Below the pieces are notes generated by a model. It had not been told where the DNA came from. It searched no databases and was given only the letters and a program-made list of their open reading frames with translations. A DNA stretch of 64,000 bases. Origin: Candidatus Omnitrophota bacterium (lineage in GTDB: Bacteria; Omnitrophota; Omnitrophia; Omnitrophales; Aquincolibacteriaceae). The position numbers were made by a program, and so were the translations under genes. Within the stretch, counting starts at the first letter, position 1. Each line of letters starts with the position of its first letter. This document shows, piece after piece, positions 37,930 to 48,156 of this stretch. Where the stretch lies: positions 56,810 through 120,809 of the forward strand of contig JAFGHI010000021.1 in assembly GCA_016930235.1 (NCBI GenBank), read 5' to 3'.

Positions 37930-38370
37930 ATGAAACCTTCGGTCCAAGAACAATTTGAAATCAAAAGCGACCCCAAAGAGCTTCAGGGCCTTAGGGAAAA
38001 GGTGAGTCGCCTTATTCATCAACTGGAATTTTCAGAAAAAGCCGCCAATGATATTCTTGTCGCCTTGGGGGAAGGATGCACGAACGCCACCCGTCACTCC
38101 TATGAGGGGAAACTCGACCAACCCATCCATATTCGCATCGAAGGCGATTCAAAAAAAATAAAAATCAGCATTCGTGATTTCGGCCGGAAAATAGACCTCT
38201 CGAAAATTAAAACACCCAAGCTCCCTCCCGATAAACCGGGAGGTCTCGGGATTTATTTCATGCAGACAATGATGGATCAGATCGAGTATAATACCAAGCA
38301 CCCCGAGGGGAATGAGCTTATCTTGACCAAATACAACGAACAAGGAGAATCCCGTGAAAATCCAAGTTAA
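37930..38370 (+). CDS. RsbW/SpoIIAB-like anti-sigma factor Ser kinase (HATPase_c_2)
   Basis: EGCTNATRHSY, IRDFG, GGLGIYFMQTMMD, GNELILTK. Confidence 0.88.
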   Translation: MKPSVQEQFEIKSDPKELQGLREKVSRLIHQLEFSEKAANDILVALGEGCTNATRHSYEGKLDQPIHIRIEGDSKKIKISIRDFGRKIDLSKIKTPKLPPDKPGGLGIYFMQTMMDQIEYNTKHPEGNELILTKYNEQGESRENPS

Positions 38371-38692
38371 GCAAGAGTCCGAAGGCCTTGAATTAGTGGA
38401 ACTTCAAGGGGATCTTGATTTCCACTGTTCACCGGAACTCCGGGAAGCCCTCTCCAAGTTAGTGGATCGTCAGGCCTCAAAAATCCTTATCGACCTCAAA
38501 CAAGTGGGTTATGTCGACAGTTCCGGACTTGCGACATTTGTCGAGCTTTTCCAGAAAATGAAACGTTACGGGGGAAAACTCGTACTCTTTAATCTCACAC
38601 AAAGCGTCCGCAGTGTTTTTGAGATTGCGAAGCTGGATTCCATCTTCAAGCTCGCTCAAAACCGGGAAGAAGCGCTCACGCTTGCCCAATGA
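38354..38692 (+). CDS. STAS domain anti-anti-sigma factor
   Basis: GDLDF, IDLKQVGYVDSSGL, VRSVFEIAKLD; GTG start with AGGAG RBS. Confidence 0.9.
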   Translation: MKIQVKQESEGLELVELQGDLDFHCSPELREALSKLVDRQASKILIDLKQVGYVDSSGLATFVELFQKMKRYGGKLVLFNLTQSVRSVFEIAKLDSIFKLAQNREEALTLAQ

Positions 38693-39498
38693 CAAAATTA
38701 GAATCTTATTTCGGATCTATCGGGAAAACAACGCATCAGTTTCTTATCGAAGTGGCCAAAATATGGCAGCTGGTCACTGATTTCTTCTACTGGGCTATCC
38801 TTGCCCCCTTTAAAGGCAAAAAAAGCTTTGGCCGGGAGGCTTTTTCAAGACAGCTTTTCTTCATGGGGAATGAATCCCTCTTTATCGTTGCACTCGTCTC
38901 TGCCTCTGTAGGGGCCGTCTTAGCCCTTCAAGCAGCCTATCAGTTAAAGGAATTCGGTGCCCTCATGTACACAGGCGCATTAGTCAGTGTCTCCATGGCC
39001 CGAGAATTAGGTCCTATCATCACCGCCATTGTGATTGCGGGGCGAGTCGGCGCAAGTATCACCGCAGAGCTTGGCACAATGAAAGTGCAGGAAGAGGTCG
39101 ATGCACTCGTTACCATGGGAATCCCGCCCATTCCTTTCTTGGTCGTTCCGAGGATCCTCGCTATTATCATCATGCTTCCCAGCTTAACCGTCCTGAGTTA
39201 TGCCATTGGGATCCTTGGCGGCTATCTCATTTCAACAACCAGCTTGGGGATCGGTTCAGAAGTTTATCTCCAAGAAAGCTTTGATGCCTTAGTCGCCAAA
39301 GATCTGATGACAGGTTTGGCCAAAAGTTTTGTTTTCTCCCTTTTAGTTGGGTTTATTGCAATTTATACCGGCCTAGGCGTCCGCGGCGGCGCCGAAGGAG
39401 TCGGCCGCGCAACAACACAATCGGTTGTGGCATCCATTATTGCCATCATCGTTGCTGATGGTATTTGCACAGCCGTCTTTTACTATGTGTTCCCATGA
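38689..39498 (+). CDS. mlaE: MlaE family ABC permease
   Basis: RELGPIITAIVIAGRVG, AELGTMKV, GGAEGVGRATT. Confidence 0.92.
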   Translation: MTKLESYFGSIGKTTHQFLIEVAKIWQLVTDFFYWAILAPFKGKKSFGREAFSRQLFFMGNESLFIVALVSASVGAVLALQAAYQLKEFGALMYTGALVSVSMARELGPIITAIVIAGRVGASITAELGTMKVQEEVDALVTMGIPPIPFLVVPRILAIIIMLPSLTVLSYAIGILGGYLISTTSLGIGSEVYLQESFDALVAKDLMTGLAKSFVFSLLVGFIAIYTGLGVRGGAEGVGRATTQSVVASIIAIIVADGICTAVFYYVFP

Positions 39499-40301
39499 GT
39501 GAACCCGTTATCGAAATTCGAAACGTTCAGAAATGGTTCGGAGAAAGAAGAGTCTTAACGGGTGTCAACGTTGACGTCCATGAAGGAGAAACCCTTGTGA
39601 TCATGGGCGGATCCGGCTGCGGTAAAAGTACACTTCTGCGGGCCATTATCGGCCTTATGCACCCAGAAGAAGGCTCCATCAAAATCTTCGGTCAAGACAT
39701 GGCCTCCGCAACCGATGATGAAAAGAATGAGATCCGGAAAAAATTCGGTATGCTCTTTCAAGGTTCCGCCCTTTTTAATTCCCTGACGGTCGGTGAAAAT
39801 GTCGCGCTTCCTTTAAAGGAACACACAGATCTTGATGATGATATTATTAATATTATCGTAAAAGTAAAACTGGAATTGGTCGGCTTAACCGGATTTGAGA
39901 GTCTCAAACCCTTTGAAATCTCAGGCGGGATGAAAAAAAGAGTCGCTTTGGCCCGGGCCATAGCCTTAGACCCCAAAATCGTTTTCTATGATGAGCCGGG
40001 GGCTGGTTTGGACCCGATCACGGCCAGTGTAATTGACCACTTGATTATGGACCTGAGTAAAAAACTCAAGATGACCTCTGTCGTCGTTACGCATGAAATG
40101 ACAAGCGCCTTTAGGATTGCCGACCGGATCATTGTCCTGCAGCAAGGAAAGGTGGTCGCAGAAGGCGGTCCAGAGGCTATCCGGAAGTCTGATCATCCTT
40201 ACGTAAAGCAATTTATCCATGGTGAAATTGACGGACCTATCTCTTTTAAAGAATCTCGAGACAGTTATTTGAAAGGAATCTTTGGCGATGAAGAAATCTG
40301 A
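39495..40301 (+). CDS. mlaF: MlaF family ABC ATP-binding protein
   Basis: GGSGCGKS, ISGGMKKR, YDEPGAGLDP, VVTH; start at MSEP (ATGA overlap). Confidence 0.92.
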   Translation: MSEPVIEIRNVQKWFGERRVLTGVNVDVHEGETLVIMGGSGCGKSTLLRAIIGLMHPEEGSIKIFGQDMASATDDEKNEIRKKFGMLFQGSALFNSLTVGENVALPLKEHTDLDDDIINIIVKVKLELVGLTGFESLKPFEISGGMKKRVALARAIALDPKIVFYDEPGAGLDPITASVIDHLIMDLSKKLKMTSVVVTHEMTSAFRIADRIIVLQQGKVVAEGGPEAIRKSDHPYVKQFIHGEIDGPISFKESRDSYLKGIFGDEEI

Positions 40302-40923
40302 TCCCTATACCCCAAATGAAATACGCTCCGGTTTAATGGTTGTCAGTTGTGTTGTGGTTCTGCTGGGCCTGCTTTTCTTTGCCAGTAAATCCCAGCTCTT
40401 TAAGCAAACCTACCAAGCTGACATCCTTTTTAACTACATCAGTGGTCTTGCCAAGAATGCCCCTGTTCATTTTGCCGGCCACGAAGTCGGGAAAGTCACG
40501 GACATCCGCTTCTTAGGCGGTTCGGATAATTCCGTCCTTGTCACCGTTACGATCAGCCGCGATGTTGTCCTCAAAAGGGACTCCCGGGCTTTCATCAACG
40601 TCCTGGGTTTTATGGGTGAAAAATTTATCGAGATCAGTCCTGGCACGATCGAAGCCCAGCCCCTTGGGAAGGGCGCCACGCTTCGAGGAGATGACCCTGT
40701 CGCCATGATGGAGGTTGTCAAGAAAGGTACTGAAATCTTGGCAGAGTTTGAGAAGATCTCTGTCTCTCTTCAAAACCTGATTGCCAATATGAATGATCTC
40801 CTGGGCGAAAATGAAGAAGAGGTTGAAGATATTTTCAAGAATTTGGATGAAGCTTCCGTCAACCTAAAAGAAATGACGGCGGACCTTAAACAAAAACCCT
40901 GGAAGTTACTAAGGAAGGGTTAA
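40288..40923 (+). CDS. mlaD: MlaD/MCE family protein
   Basis: N-terminal TM, GLAKNAPVHFAGHEVGKV, GEKFIEISPG, PWKLL C-terminus. Confidence 0.88.
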   Translation: MKKSDPYTPNEIRSGLMVVSCVVVLLGLLFFASKSQLFKQTYQADILFNYISGLAKNAPVHFAGHEVGKVTDIRFLGGSDNSVLVTVTISRDVVLKRDSRAFINVLGFMGEKFIEISPGTIEAQPLGKGATLRGDDPVAMMEVVKKGTEILAEFEKISVSLQNLIANMNDLLGENEEEVEDIFKNLDEASVNLKEMTADLKQKPWKLLRKG

Positions 40924-40929
40924 TTCGGT

Positions 40930-43290
40930 TTATTCTTCTTCTGTTGAAGCGGCAGGCTCCCTTGAGATGTAAATTTCCCTCGGCTTAGCTCCTTGCGTCG
41001 GACCGATTAAGCCTTCCGCTTCCATCTGATCGATGATTCGAGCCGCGCGTGTATAACCCAAGCGAAGTCTCCGTTGAAGATTGGAAGTCGAAGCCTGACC
41101 TGTTTCCAAAACAATGCTGACGGCTTCATCGAAAAGCTCATCTTTCTCAAGCGCCCCGCCTCCGGCCGTCTTGCCTTCCTGTGCCGAAATTATCTCGGAA
41201 TGATATTCAGGAGCCCTTTGTGATGAGAGGAATTCCACTAAACGATTAATCTCTTCATCCGTAACGAGAGAGCCTTGACCGCGAATGGGTTTATCCCCGC
41301 CCGGCTGAATGAAGAGCATGTCCCCGCGGCCCAACAAGCTTTCTGCGCCCATTCCGTCCAAGACCGTCCTCGAATCCACTTTGGAGGCAACTTTAAAAGA
41401 AATACGGGCCGGGAAATTGGCCTTAATGACGCCCGTAATCACATCAACCGACGGCCTCTGAGTTGCCAGGATCAAGTGAATCCCGACCGCACGGGAAAGC
41501 TGCGCCAGCCGCATAATGGCAGTTTCGACCTTATCTTGGGCAACCATCATTAAATCGGCAAGCTCATCAATGATGACTACAATATAGGGAAGTTTTACAG
41601 GAATAACATTTTCAGAATTTTCAGCGTTGGTTATTTCCTCTTTCGCTTCTTCGGAAAGATTTCGCGCATTAAAGGCTTTGATATTCCGGACCCCCACCGT
41701 CGCAAACAACCGGTAACGATTTTCCATTTCATTAACAACCCAGTTCAGGGTATGAGATGCCTTCCGGACATCCGTCACAACGGGAGCAAGCATATGGGGA
41801 AGTTTGTTGTAGCCAGCTAACTCCACCATTTTAGGATCAATCATCACAAATTTTAGATCCTCCGGCGAGGCATGATAGAGAAGGCCTCCGATAATGGAAT
41901 TAACGCAAACGGTTTTACCGCTTCCGGTCGTCCCTGCAATCAGGATATGCGGCATATCAGCTAGGTCGGCAACCAAAGATTCCCCGCTGGTACTCTTCCC
42001 CAAACATAACGGCAATGCCGCCTCACCGTGAAATTCCGATGAATCCACAAGTTCCCTTAAGTAAACGAGGCTCGAAACACTATTAGGGACCTCAACTCCA
42101 ACAGCGGCCTTACCGGGAATCGGGGCAATCATACGAATGCTGGTGGCTTTCATCGCTAACGCAAGATCATCGGACAAAGCCGTGATGGAGTTAACTTTCA
42201 CCCCAGGCGCGGGCAAGAGCTCATAGCGGGTAATCACAGGCCCCTGTTCGATCTCCACAACTTTAACCTCAATCCCAAATTCTGCGAGAGCTGACTCCAA
42301 AACCCTGGCCTTAGCGTGTAAATCTTCCGATTTTCCTTCCGGAGCAAACTCCGGTTTTCTAAGCAATTCAAGCGGCGGAAAATTATAATTTCCCCCACGC
42401 GAAGCGGTCGAACCAACAACACTCTCATGTCGTTTCTCTTCTTCTTGGTCCGCCCGGCCGGGAATCCCCGTCCCCTCTTTCTTGGAACGCAGTTTACTTT
42501 CTTCACGAGACGAAACAGGACGGGTCACACCCTCCCGCTCCCTCTTACTTTCCGCTCGCCCTCCTTTTTTTCCCTCATCTGCATACTCGGACCTATATTT
42601 TTTCACTTTAAGCGGCATAGAAGGTAAAGTGGGGATAATCCCCTCCTGTTTCTTAGCTCCGACCTTTCTTTCCCGCGTCCTCTTCCTCTCTTCAGGAACA
42701 ATCCCTCGCGCTGTATCAATAATCCAATCACGGGAAAATTCCGCTTTTTCGAGGAACCCGTCTGTGAATTTCTCTACTCGTTTCCACAATTGATGAAACA
42801 AGGGATAAAGAAGGAAATCCGTCGCAAGCAAGATTGAAAGAAGCAAGCAGGCCCCAGCCAGAATAAATCCGCCCAGAAATCCGAAATACCTCAAGAGATG
42901 AGTCCCGGCTAAGTATCCGACAGCACCCCCATATTCAAATTGACGATCCGGACTGACTGAAAGGGTTACAAGCGTCGAGGTTGAAAAAAGCGCAATGGCT
43001 AAGCCAATAAAGTTGAATATCTTTCTTTCAGGAACCTTTTGTGCAAAAAAACAGCTCGCCCAAAGCAGAAAAAGCAATGGAATAACATACGCGCTCATAC
43101 CAAAAGTCAAAAGTAGTCCAAAGGCCAGATAAGCCCCGATAACTCCCGTATAGTTTTGAACAGGTGAGGCAGGATGAGAAGTATAAAAACCAATATCACC
43201 CTCGTGGGAAAAAATAAGGCTGCCGAGAGTAAACAGCCCTAATAAAAGGAATATAACACCCCAAATTTCGTTCTTACGCTCTTTTTTCAT
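40930..43290 (-). CDS. ftsK: DNA translocase FtsK/SpoIIIE
   Basis: 4TM N-terminus, PHILIAGTTGSGKT, IDPKMVEL, IDELADLMM, ATQRPSVDV, gamma domain RLRLGYTRAAR. Confidence 0.96.
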   Translation of the reverse strand: MKKERKNEIWGVIFLLLGLFTLGSLIFSHEGDIGFYTSHPASPVQNYTGVIGAYLAFGLLLTFGMSAYVIPLLFLLWASCFFAQKVPERKIFNFIGLAIALFSTSTLVTLSVSPDRQFEYGGAVGYLAGTHLLRYFGFLGGFILAGACLLLSILLATDFLLYPLFHQLWKRVEKFTDGFLEKAEFSRDWIIDTARGIVPEERKRTRERKVGAKKQEGIIPTLPSMPLKVKKYRSEYADEGKKGGRAESKREREGVTRPVSSREESKLRSKKEGTGIPGRADQEEEKRHESVVGSTASRGGNYNFPPLELLRKPEFAPEGKSEDLHAKARVLESALAEFGIEVKVVEIEQGPVITRYELLPAPGVKVNSITALSDDLALAMKATSIRMIAPIPGKAAVGVEVPNSVSSLVYLRELVDSSEFHGEAALPLCLGKSTSGESLVADLADMPHILIAGTTGSGKTVCVNSIIGGLLYHASPEDLKFVMIDPKMVELAGYNKLPHMLAPVVTDVRKASHTLNWVVNEMENRYRLFATVGVRNIKAFNARNLSEEAKEEITNAENSENVIPVKLPYIVVIIDELADLMMVAQDKVETAIMRLAQLSRAVGIHLILATQRPSVDVITGVIKANFPARISFKVASKVDSRTVLDGMGAESLLGRGDMLFIQPGGDKPIRGQGSLVTDEEINRLVEFLSSQRAPEYHSEIISAQEGKTAGGGALEKDELFDEAVSIVLETGQASTSNLQRRLRLGYTRAARIIDQMEAEGLIGPTQGAKPREIYISREPAASTEEE

Positions 43291-43416
43291 CGTCTCAAGG
43301 TATCCTATTGTGGACTCGCCGGTCAGCTATTTGAGCGGATAGCGCATGAACTCACGTGGATAGATCCTCTCTCGAGCTGCGGACATGTAATGACCTCTCA
43401 CGCTTTCCGCGATACG

Positions 43417-43866
43417 CTAAAAACCGGTATGTCCGAACCCGCCGCTTCCGCGAAGAGTTTCAGTAAGGTTATCGACCGAAATAAACCTTGCCTTTACCAC
43501 CTCGGCGAGCACAGCTTGGGCAATGCGGGTTCCGCGGGTCACCTTAAAGTCTTCCTGCCCTAGATTAATCATGATGACCTTAATTTCACCCCGATAATCC
43601 GAATCAATTGTCCCCGGTGTATTGAGGAGAGTCACTCCGTGTCTTAAGGCAAGCCCGCTTCTAGGCCTGATCTGAACCTCATATCCGAGAGGCAAGGAAA
43701 TAGAAATCCCTGTGGGAATCAAAACCCTTTGGCCCGGGCAGATCATGATAGGTTCTTCATTAGCTGCGACTAAATCAAAACCGCTGGAACCTTCAGTTTG
43801 GTAGGCTGGAACCTCTAACCCTTTAAAATGAGGATGTTGTTGGATCTCGATCTCGAGTTCTTTCAC
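43417..43866 (-). CDS. dut: dUTP diphosphatase
   Basis: GFDL, RPRSGLA, PGTIDSDYRGE, RIAQ, RGSGGFGHTG. Confidence 0.96.
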   Translation of the reverse strand: MKELEIEIQQHPHFKGLEVPAYQTEGSSGFDLVAANEEPIMICPGQRVLIPTGISISLPLGYEVQIRPRSGLALRHGVTLLNTPGTIDSDYRGEIKVIMINLGQEDFKVTRGTRIAQAVLAEVVKARFISVDNLTETLRGSGGFGHTGF

Positions 43867-46061
43867 CGGCGTGATCTGGGTCGTGAGCGGGGCCCTCCAT
43901 CACGCCCTCGATCGCGTCCTTTCGATATCTCTGAAATTGGGTCGCGTTCCACATCAGGAGGGAGCATCGGCATTCCCCCTTCTTTGGCTTGCTTAATACT
44001 CAGATTAACTTTCCCTCTTTCGTCAATTTCCATCACTTTAACGGGAACCACATCGCCGATTTTTAGATAATCAGCGACATTCTTGACATAACCGTCGGAA
44101 ACTTCAGACACATGACAGAGGCCATCCGTCCCGGGCATGATCTCACAAAAAGCTCCGAACGCAACTAAACGTCTGACCGTCCCTTGATAAATCTTTCCAA
44201 TCTCAGGTTCTTCGGTCAATGCACGGACGCGCTCAAGCGCTGCATCACCGGCTTTTCCGTCCACGGCAGCAACCGACACGGTACCGTCATCTTCAATATC
44301 GATTTTGGCACCTGTCTCTTCGGTGATTTTTCGGATATTCTTTCCTCCGGGGCCGATCAGTTCTCCGATTTTAGCCGGATTAATCTTCAAGGTGACAATC
44401 CGGGGAGCATAAGCTGATAATTCCTGCCGCGGAGCCGAAATCACCTGATGGATCATATCCAAAATTTTCATTCGGGCTTCCCTGGCATGATCAAAAGCTT
44501 CATCCATGGTGGCCCGGTCAATCCCGGCAATTTTCAAATCCATTTGAAGCGCCGTCAAGCCTTCGCGTGTTCCCGCTGCCTTAAAATCCATATCACCGTG
44601 ATGGTCTTCGATTCCCGCGATATCCGTTAAGACTTGGAATTTTTTCTCACCCGTAATCAATCCAATAGCAATCCCTGCAACGGGGGCTTTAAGAGGAACT
44701 CCCGCATCCATAAGAGATAGCGTTCCTCCGCAAACCGTTGCCATGGAGCTAGAACCATTGGATTCTAAAATTTCCGAAACCAACCTTACCGTATAAGGGA
44801 AATCAGGATGTTCCGGCATCACCGGCGTTAAAGCACGTTCTGCCAGGGCTCCGTGACCAATCTCTCGCCGCCCCGGCCCACGATTGGGTTTAGCTTCCCC
44901 AACGCTGAAAGGCGGAAAATTGTAATGCAGCATAAACCTTTTCCATTCCTCACCTTCGAGCGAATCGATCCTCTGTTCGTCTTCCCCCGTTCCAAGAGTT
45001 GTCACGCAAAGACTTTGCGTCTGTCCCCGGGTAAACAAGGCCGATCCGTGCGTCCTGGGGAGAACACCAATTTCACAAGTAATTTTTCGGATCTCTCTTA
45101 CGCCACGGCCGTCGGGCCTTTTCCCCTTTTCGAGAATAAACTCTCTCACCTTCTCTTTTTCGATTTCATCAAATATCATTTTGACATGCGCTTCCTTAAA
45201 ATCGGGCGACTCGACATCAAACTGACCCAGAACCTTTTCTTGATAAACCTTCCGAGTTTCGGCCTCCCGTTCCTCCTTCGAGTTTAAGGTAAAAATCCTT
45301 TGAAATTCATCGCCGGCTGTTTTCCTGACTTTATCAAAATACTCTTGAGGGATCTCCAAACCCTTGACAGAACGTTTGGCTTTCCCAAATTTCGCTTGTA
45401 GCTCCTTTTGGATCGTAATCATCTTCTGAATTTCCTGGTGCCCGAACCAAATCGCTTCCTTCATTTTATCTTCTGAAATTTCCTTGGCTCCAGCTTCGAT
45501 CATAATCACTTTTTCTTTTGTTCCGGCCAAAACAAGATCAAGATCGCTATTGGCCAATTCTGAGGCCGTAGGATTGGCCACCAATTTCCCTTCGATGATC
45601 CCGACCCGAACAGCACCAATCGGTGCATGAAAAGGGACATCTGAAATCATGAGAGCCGCCGAAGCCCCATTCATCGAAAGAATATCCGTTGGATTTTCTC
45701 CGTCGGCAGACAAAACAGTCACAGTCACTTGGGTTTCACAGAAAAAATTATCAGGAAAAAGAGGACGTATCGGTCGATCGATCAATCGCGAGATCAGGAT
45801 TTCTTTTTCGGTCGGACGGCCTTCTCTTTTAAAATATCCTCCAGGAATACGCCCAGCGGCATAAGTCCGCTCACGGTAATCAACCGTTAAGGGGAAAAAA
45901 TCTATCCCTTCTTTAGCTTCCGGCGCTGCAACCACCGCAGCAAGGATAATTGTATCTCCCGAACGAACCGTAATAGCACCGTGCGCTTGCCGCGCAATGT
46001 GTCCGGTCTCAAAAATAATTTCCTGATTTCCAACTTGGGTCTTCATATGTTCAATTGTCAT
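43863..46061 (-). CDS. pnp: Polyribonucleotide nucleotidyltransferase
   Basis: FFPLTVDY, RLIDRPIRPLF, HGSALFTRGQTQ, ESNGSSSMA, GDMDFK; KH and S1 domains. Confidence 0.98.
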   Translation of the reverse strand: MTIEHMKTQVGNQEIIFETGHIARQAHGAITVRSGDTIILAAVVAAPEAKEGIDFFPLTVDYRERTYAAGRIPGGYFKREGRPTEKEILISRLIDRPIRPLFPDNFFCETQVTVTVLSADGENPTDILSMNGASAALMISDVPFHAPIGAVRVGIIEGKLVANPTASELANSDLDLVLAGTKEKVIMIEAGAKEISEDKMKEAIWFGHQEIQKMITIQKELQAKFGKAKRSVKGLEIPQEYFDKVRKTAGDEFQRIFTLNSKEEREAETRKVYQEKVLGQFDVESPDFKEAHVKMIFDEIEKEKVREFILEKGKRPDGRGVREIRKITCEIGVLPRTHGSALFTRGQTQSLCVTTLGTGEDEQRIDSLEGEEWKRFMLHYNFPPFSVGEAKPNRGPGRREIGHGALAERALTPVMPEHPDFPYTVRLVSEILESNGSSSMATVCGGTLSLMDAGVPLKAPVAGIAIGLITGEKKFQVLTDIAGIEDHHGDMDFKAAGTREGLTALQMDLKIAGIDRATMDEAFDHAREARMKILDMIHQVISAPRQELSAYAPRIVTLKINPAKIGELIGPGGKNIRKITEETGAKIDIEDDGTVSVAAVDGKAGDAALERVRALTEEPEIGKIYQGTVRRLVAFGAFCEIMPGTDGLCHVSEVSDGYVKNVADYLKIGDVVPVKVMEIDERGKVNLSIKQAKEGGMPMLPPDVERDPISEISKGRDRGRDGGPRSRPRSRR

Positions 46062-46097
46062 TGATAAGTCCTTCCTCTGGATAGACTACGGTAGGTT

Positions 46098-46367
46098 CTA
46101 TTTACGCAAATCGAGGCGTGAAATCAACTTTTGGTATCGTTCAGGATCCTCGCGACGAAGATAGGTTAACAGGCTTTTTCGTTTCCCAACCATTTTGATG
46201 AGTCCGTACCGGGAGTGATGGTCTTTCTGATGAGCTTTAAAGTGTTCATCCAGACTGTTGATCCGTTCCGTGAGAAGGGATACTTGGACCTCCACGGAAC
46301 CCGTATCATTACGGTTCCCACGATATTCCGATATTAACTTCTTCTTATTGTCCTTTGCTAGCGGCAT
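46098..46367 (-). CDS. rpsO: 30S ribosomal protein S15
   Basis: DTGSVEVQV, KDHHSRYGL. Confidence 0.97.
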   Translation of the reverse strand: MPLAKDNKKKLISEYRGNRNDTGSVEVQVSLLTERINSLDEHFKAHQKDHHSRYGLIKMVGKRKSLLTYLRREDPERYQKLISRLDLRK

Positions 46368-46422
46368 TGTAATTTACCTAACTCCTTATTGTATTTGTAT
46401 TTACATCACAAACAGGCGATGT

Positions 46423-46451
46423 AGTATACTCTACTTGTCAATCTTTGTAAA
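46423..46451 (-). promoter_or_regulatory. Putative sigma70 promoter for rpsO-pnp
   Basis: TTTACA-N17-TATACT on minus strand, overlapping the ribF end. Confidence 0.5.
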
Positions 46452-47456
46452 GGCCTTCTTTCGGGCCTTCTTAAGAAATTCCCTTGCGTTTTGAATATCC
46501 CTCTGGATTTGTCTTTTTAAATCTTCAGCATCCGGAAAGGTCCTTTCCTCCCGAATTCTCGGAAATATAACTACTTCAAGCGTTTTTTGGTACAGATCAC
46601 CCTGAAAATCCAAGAGAAATATCTCCAGTATCCCCTGACTTTCCCGTTCCTGAAAGGTGGGACGAACTCCAAAATTCATAACTCCCTCAAACCAAGCCCC
46701 CCATTGACAGACGGGAAACTCATAAATCCCCTTTTTTTCATTATAGTTCTCCGAATTTAGGACAGCCCGGGCATAAACAGGATAAACCCCGAAAGGAGGC
46801 AGTACTTCCGTCTCGATATCTAAATTGGCCGTGGGAAATCCCAACTCAGTTCCTCTCCCTTTTCCCGGGATGACTCTTGCCAGCACACTCAACGGACGAC
46901 CTAGGCATGTCTCGGCCTCTTCAAGTTTTCCTTCCTGAATCAATCGGCGGATCCGCGAACTCGAAACAATATCACCTCCAGCTTCAACAGCTTTGATCTC
47001 CGTAAATTGGAAACCATATTCTTTGGCCAAAGCTTTCAAGAGGGTTGCATTGCCCTGTCTTTTGTAACCAAATCTTGCATTGTCCCCTAAACAGATTTCT
47101 GAAATGTGAAGCTTTTCAACGAGAATATCCCTCACAAACTGATGGGGGGTTAACTTGGAAAATTCCTTCGTGAAAGAAACCAAAAAACAAATGTCGATGC
47201 CGGTTTGATTGAGTAAGAACAGGCGGTGATCCTGAGATGTCAAAAGTGGGGGTTTCGATTCGGGATGAAGAATATGCTGCGGATGCGCTTCAAAAGACAG
47301 AACCGCCGACTTTCCTTTTCTGCGGTTGGCTTCACCAATAGCATGTTTAAGAAGGGCCTGATGCCCCCGATGAATGCCATCGAAATTCCCAAGTGCAAGA
47401 ATGAGAGGAGTTTCTTTGTCCGGCGAAAACCGGTTAAGATCCCGAACGATAAGCAT
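46431..47456 (-). CDS. ribF: Bifunctional riboflavin kinase/FAD synthetase
   Basis: GNFDGIHRGH, SSSRIR, GFPTAN, GVY, GVRPTF. Confidence 0.95.
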   Translation of the reverse strand: MLIVRDLNRFSPDKETPLILALGNFDGIHRGHQALLKHAIGEANRRKGKSAVLSFEAHPQHILHPESKPPLLTSQDHRLFLLNQTGIDICFLVSFTKEFSKLTPHQFVRDILVEKLHISEICLGDNARFGYKRQGNATLLKALAKEYGFQFTEIKAVEAGGDIVSSSRIRRLIQEGKLEEAETCLGRPLSVLARVIPGKGRGTELGFPTANLDIETEVLPPFGVYPVYARAVLNSENYNEKKGIYEFPVCQWGAWFEGVMNFGVRPTFQERESQGILEIFLLDFQGDLYQKTLEVVIFPRIREERTFPDAEDLKRQIQRDIQNAREFLKKARKKAFTKIDK

Positions 47457-48156
47457 AATCTGGCGTATACCAAAAAGGAAGTATCTTTGATCTCATCTTA
47501 GCAAGATCGGATTGTTTTAATTCGTCAATCGTAACACTATTTTCCAGTCGGAATTGGCCGCTGCGAACGCGCCTCAACTCCGCTAACGTCGCACAACAAC
47601 CTAAGGCTTCTCCTAAATCATTGACGAGTGTTCTTAAATAAGTTCCTTTCGAAACACTCGCCTGAAAATGAATAAAGGGACCTTCTTTTTTCTCCATATC
47701 AAAATTTTGAACGACCACTTTCCGTTCCTGGCGGGGCACATCCATCCCTTTTCGGGCCAGTTTGTACAGCCGGACACCCTTGTGTTTCAAAGCCGAAACC
47801 ATCGGCGGAACCTGAAGGATCTCACCTGTGAAATCCTGAGCTTTCCGGCGGACATCTTCCAAGGCAATATGCTCCCAAGGAGCCGTTTGGATCACTTTTC
47901 CCTGGCGATCATGGGAATCCGTCTTAACCCCTAATTCCATCACGCCACGGTATTCTTTATCACACGAACTAAGGGCAATTGAATGCTTTGTGGCCCTTCC
48001 TAAAAGAAGTACCAATAACCCCGTCGCTAAAGGGTCCAGGGTCCCCGCATGACCGACCTTCTTGATCTTATAACGCCTTTTGACAAAGGCGCAGACATCA
48101 TGTGAAGTCCAATCTTTCGGTTTATCGACAACTAAAATACCATCGATCGAATTCAT
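47434..48156 (-). CDS. truB: tRNA pseudouridine(55) synthase
   Basis: DKP..WTSHD, KVGHAGTLDPLATG, QVPPMVSA, SKGTYLR; start at MNSIDG. Confidence 0.95.
   Translation of the reverse strand: MNSIDGILVVDKPKDWTSHDVCAFVKRRYKIKKVGHAGTLDPLATGLLVLLLGRATKHSIALSSCDKEYRGVMELGVKTDSHDRQGKVIQTAPWEHIALEDVRRKAQDFTGEILQVPPMVSALKHKGVRLYKLARKGMDVPRQERKVVVQNFDMEKKEGPFIHFQASVSKGTYLRTLVNDLGEALGCCATLAELRRVRSGQFRLENSVTIDELKQSDLAKMRSKILPFWYTPDYAYRSGS

Noticed and set aside
37813-38022. N-terminal extension of the histidine kinase
   Set aside because: Overlaps the divergent RsbW-like gene and the shared promoter region
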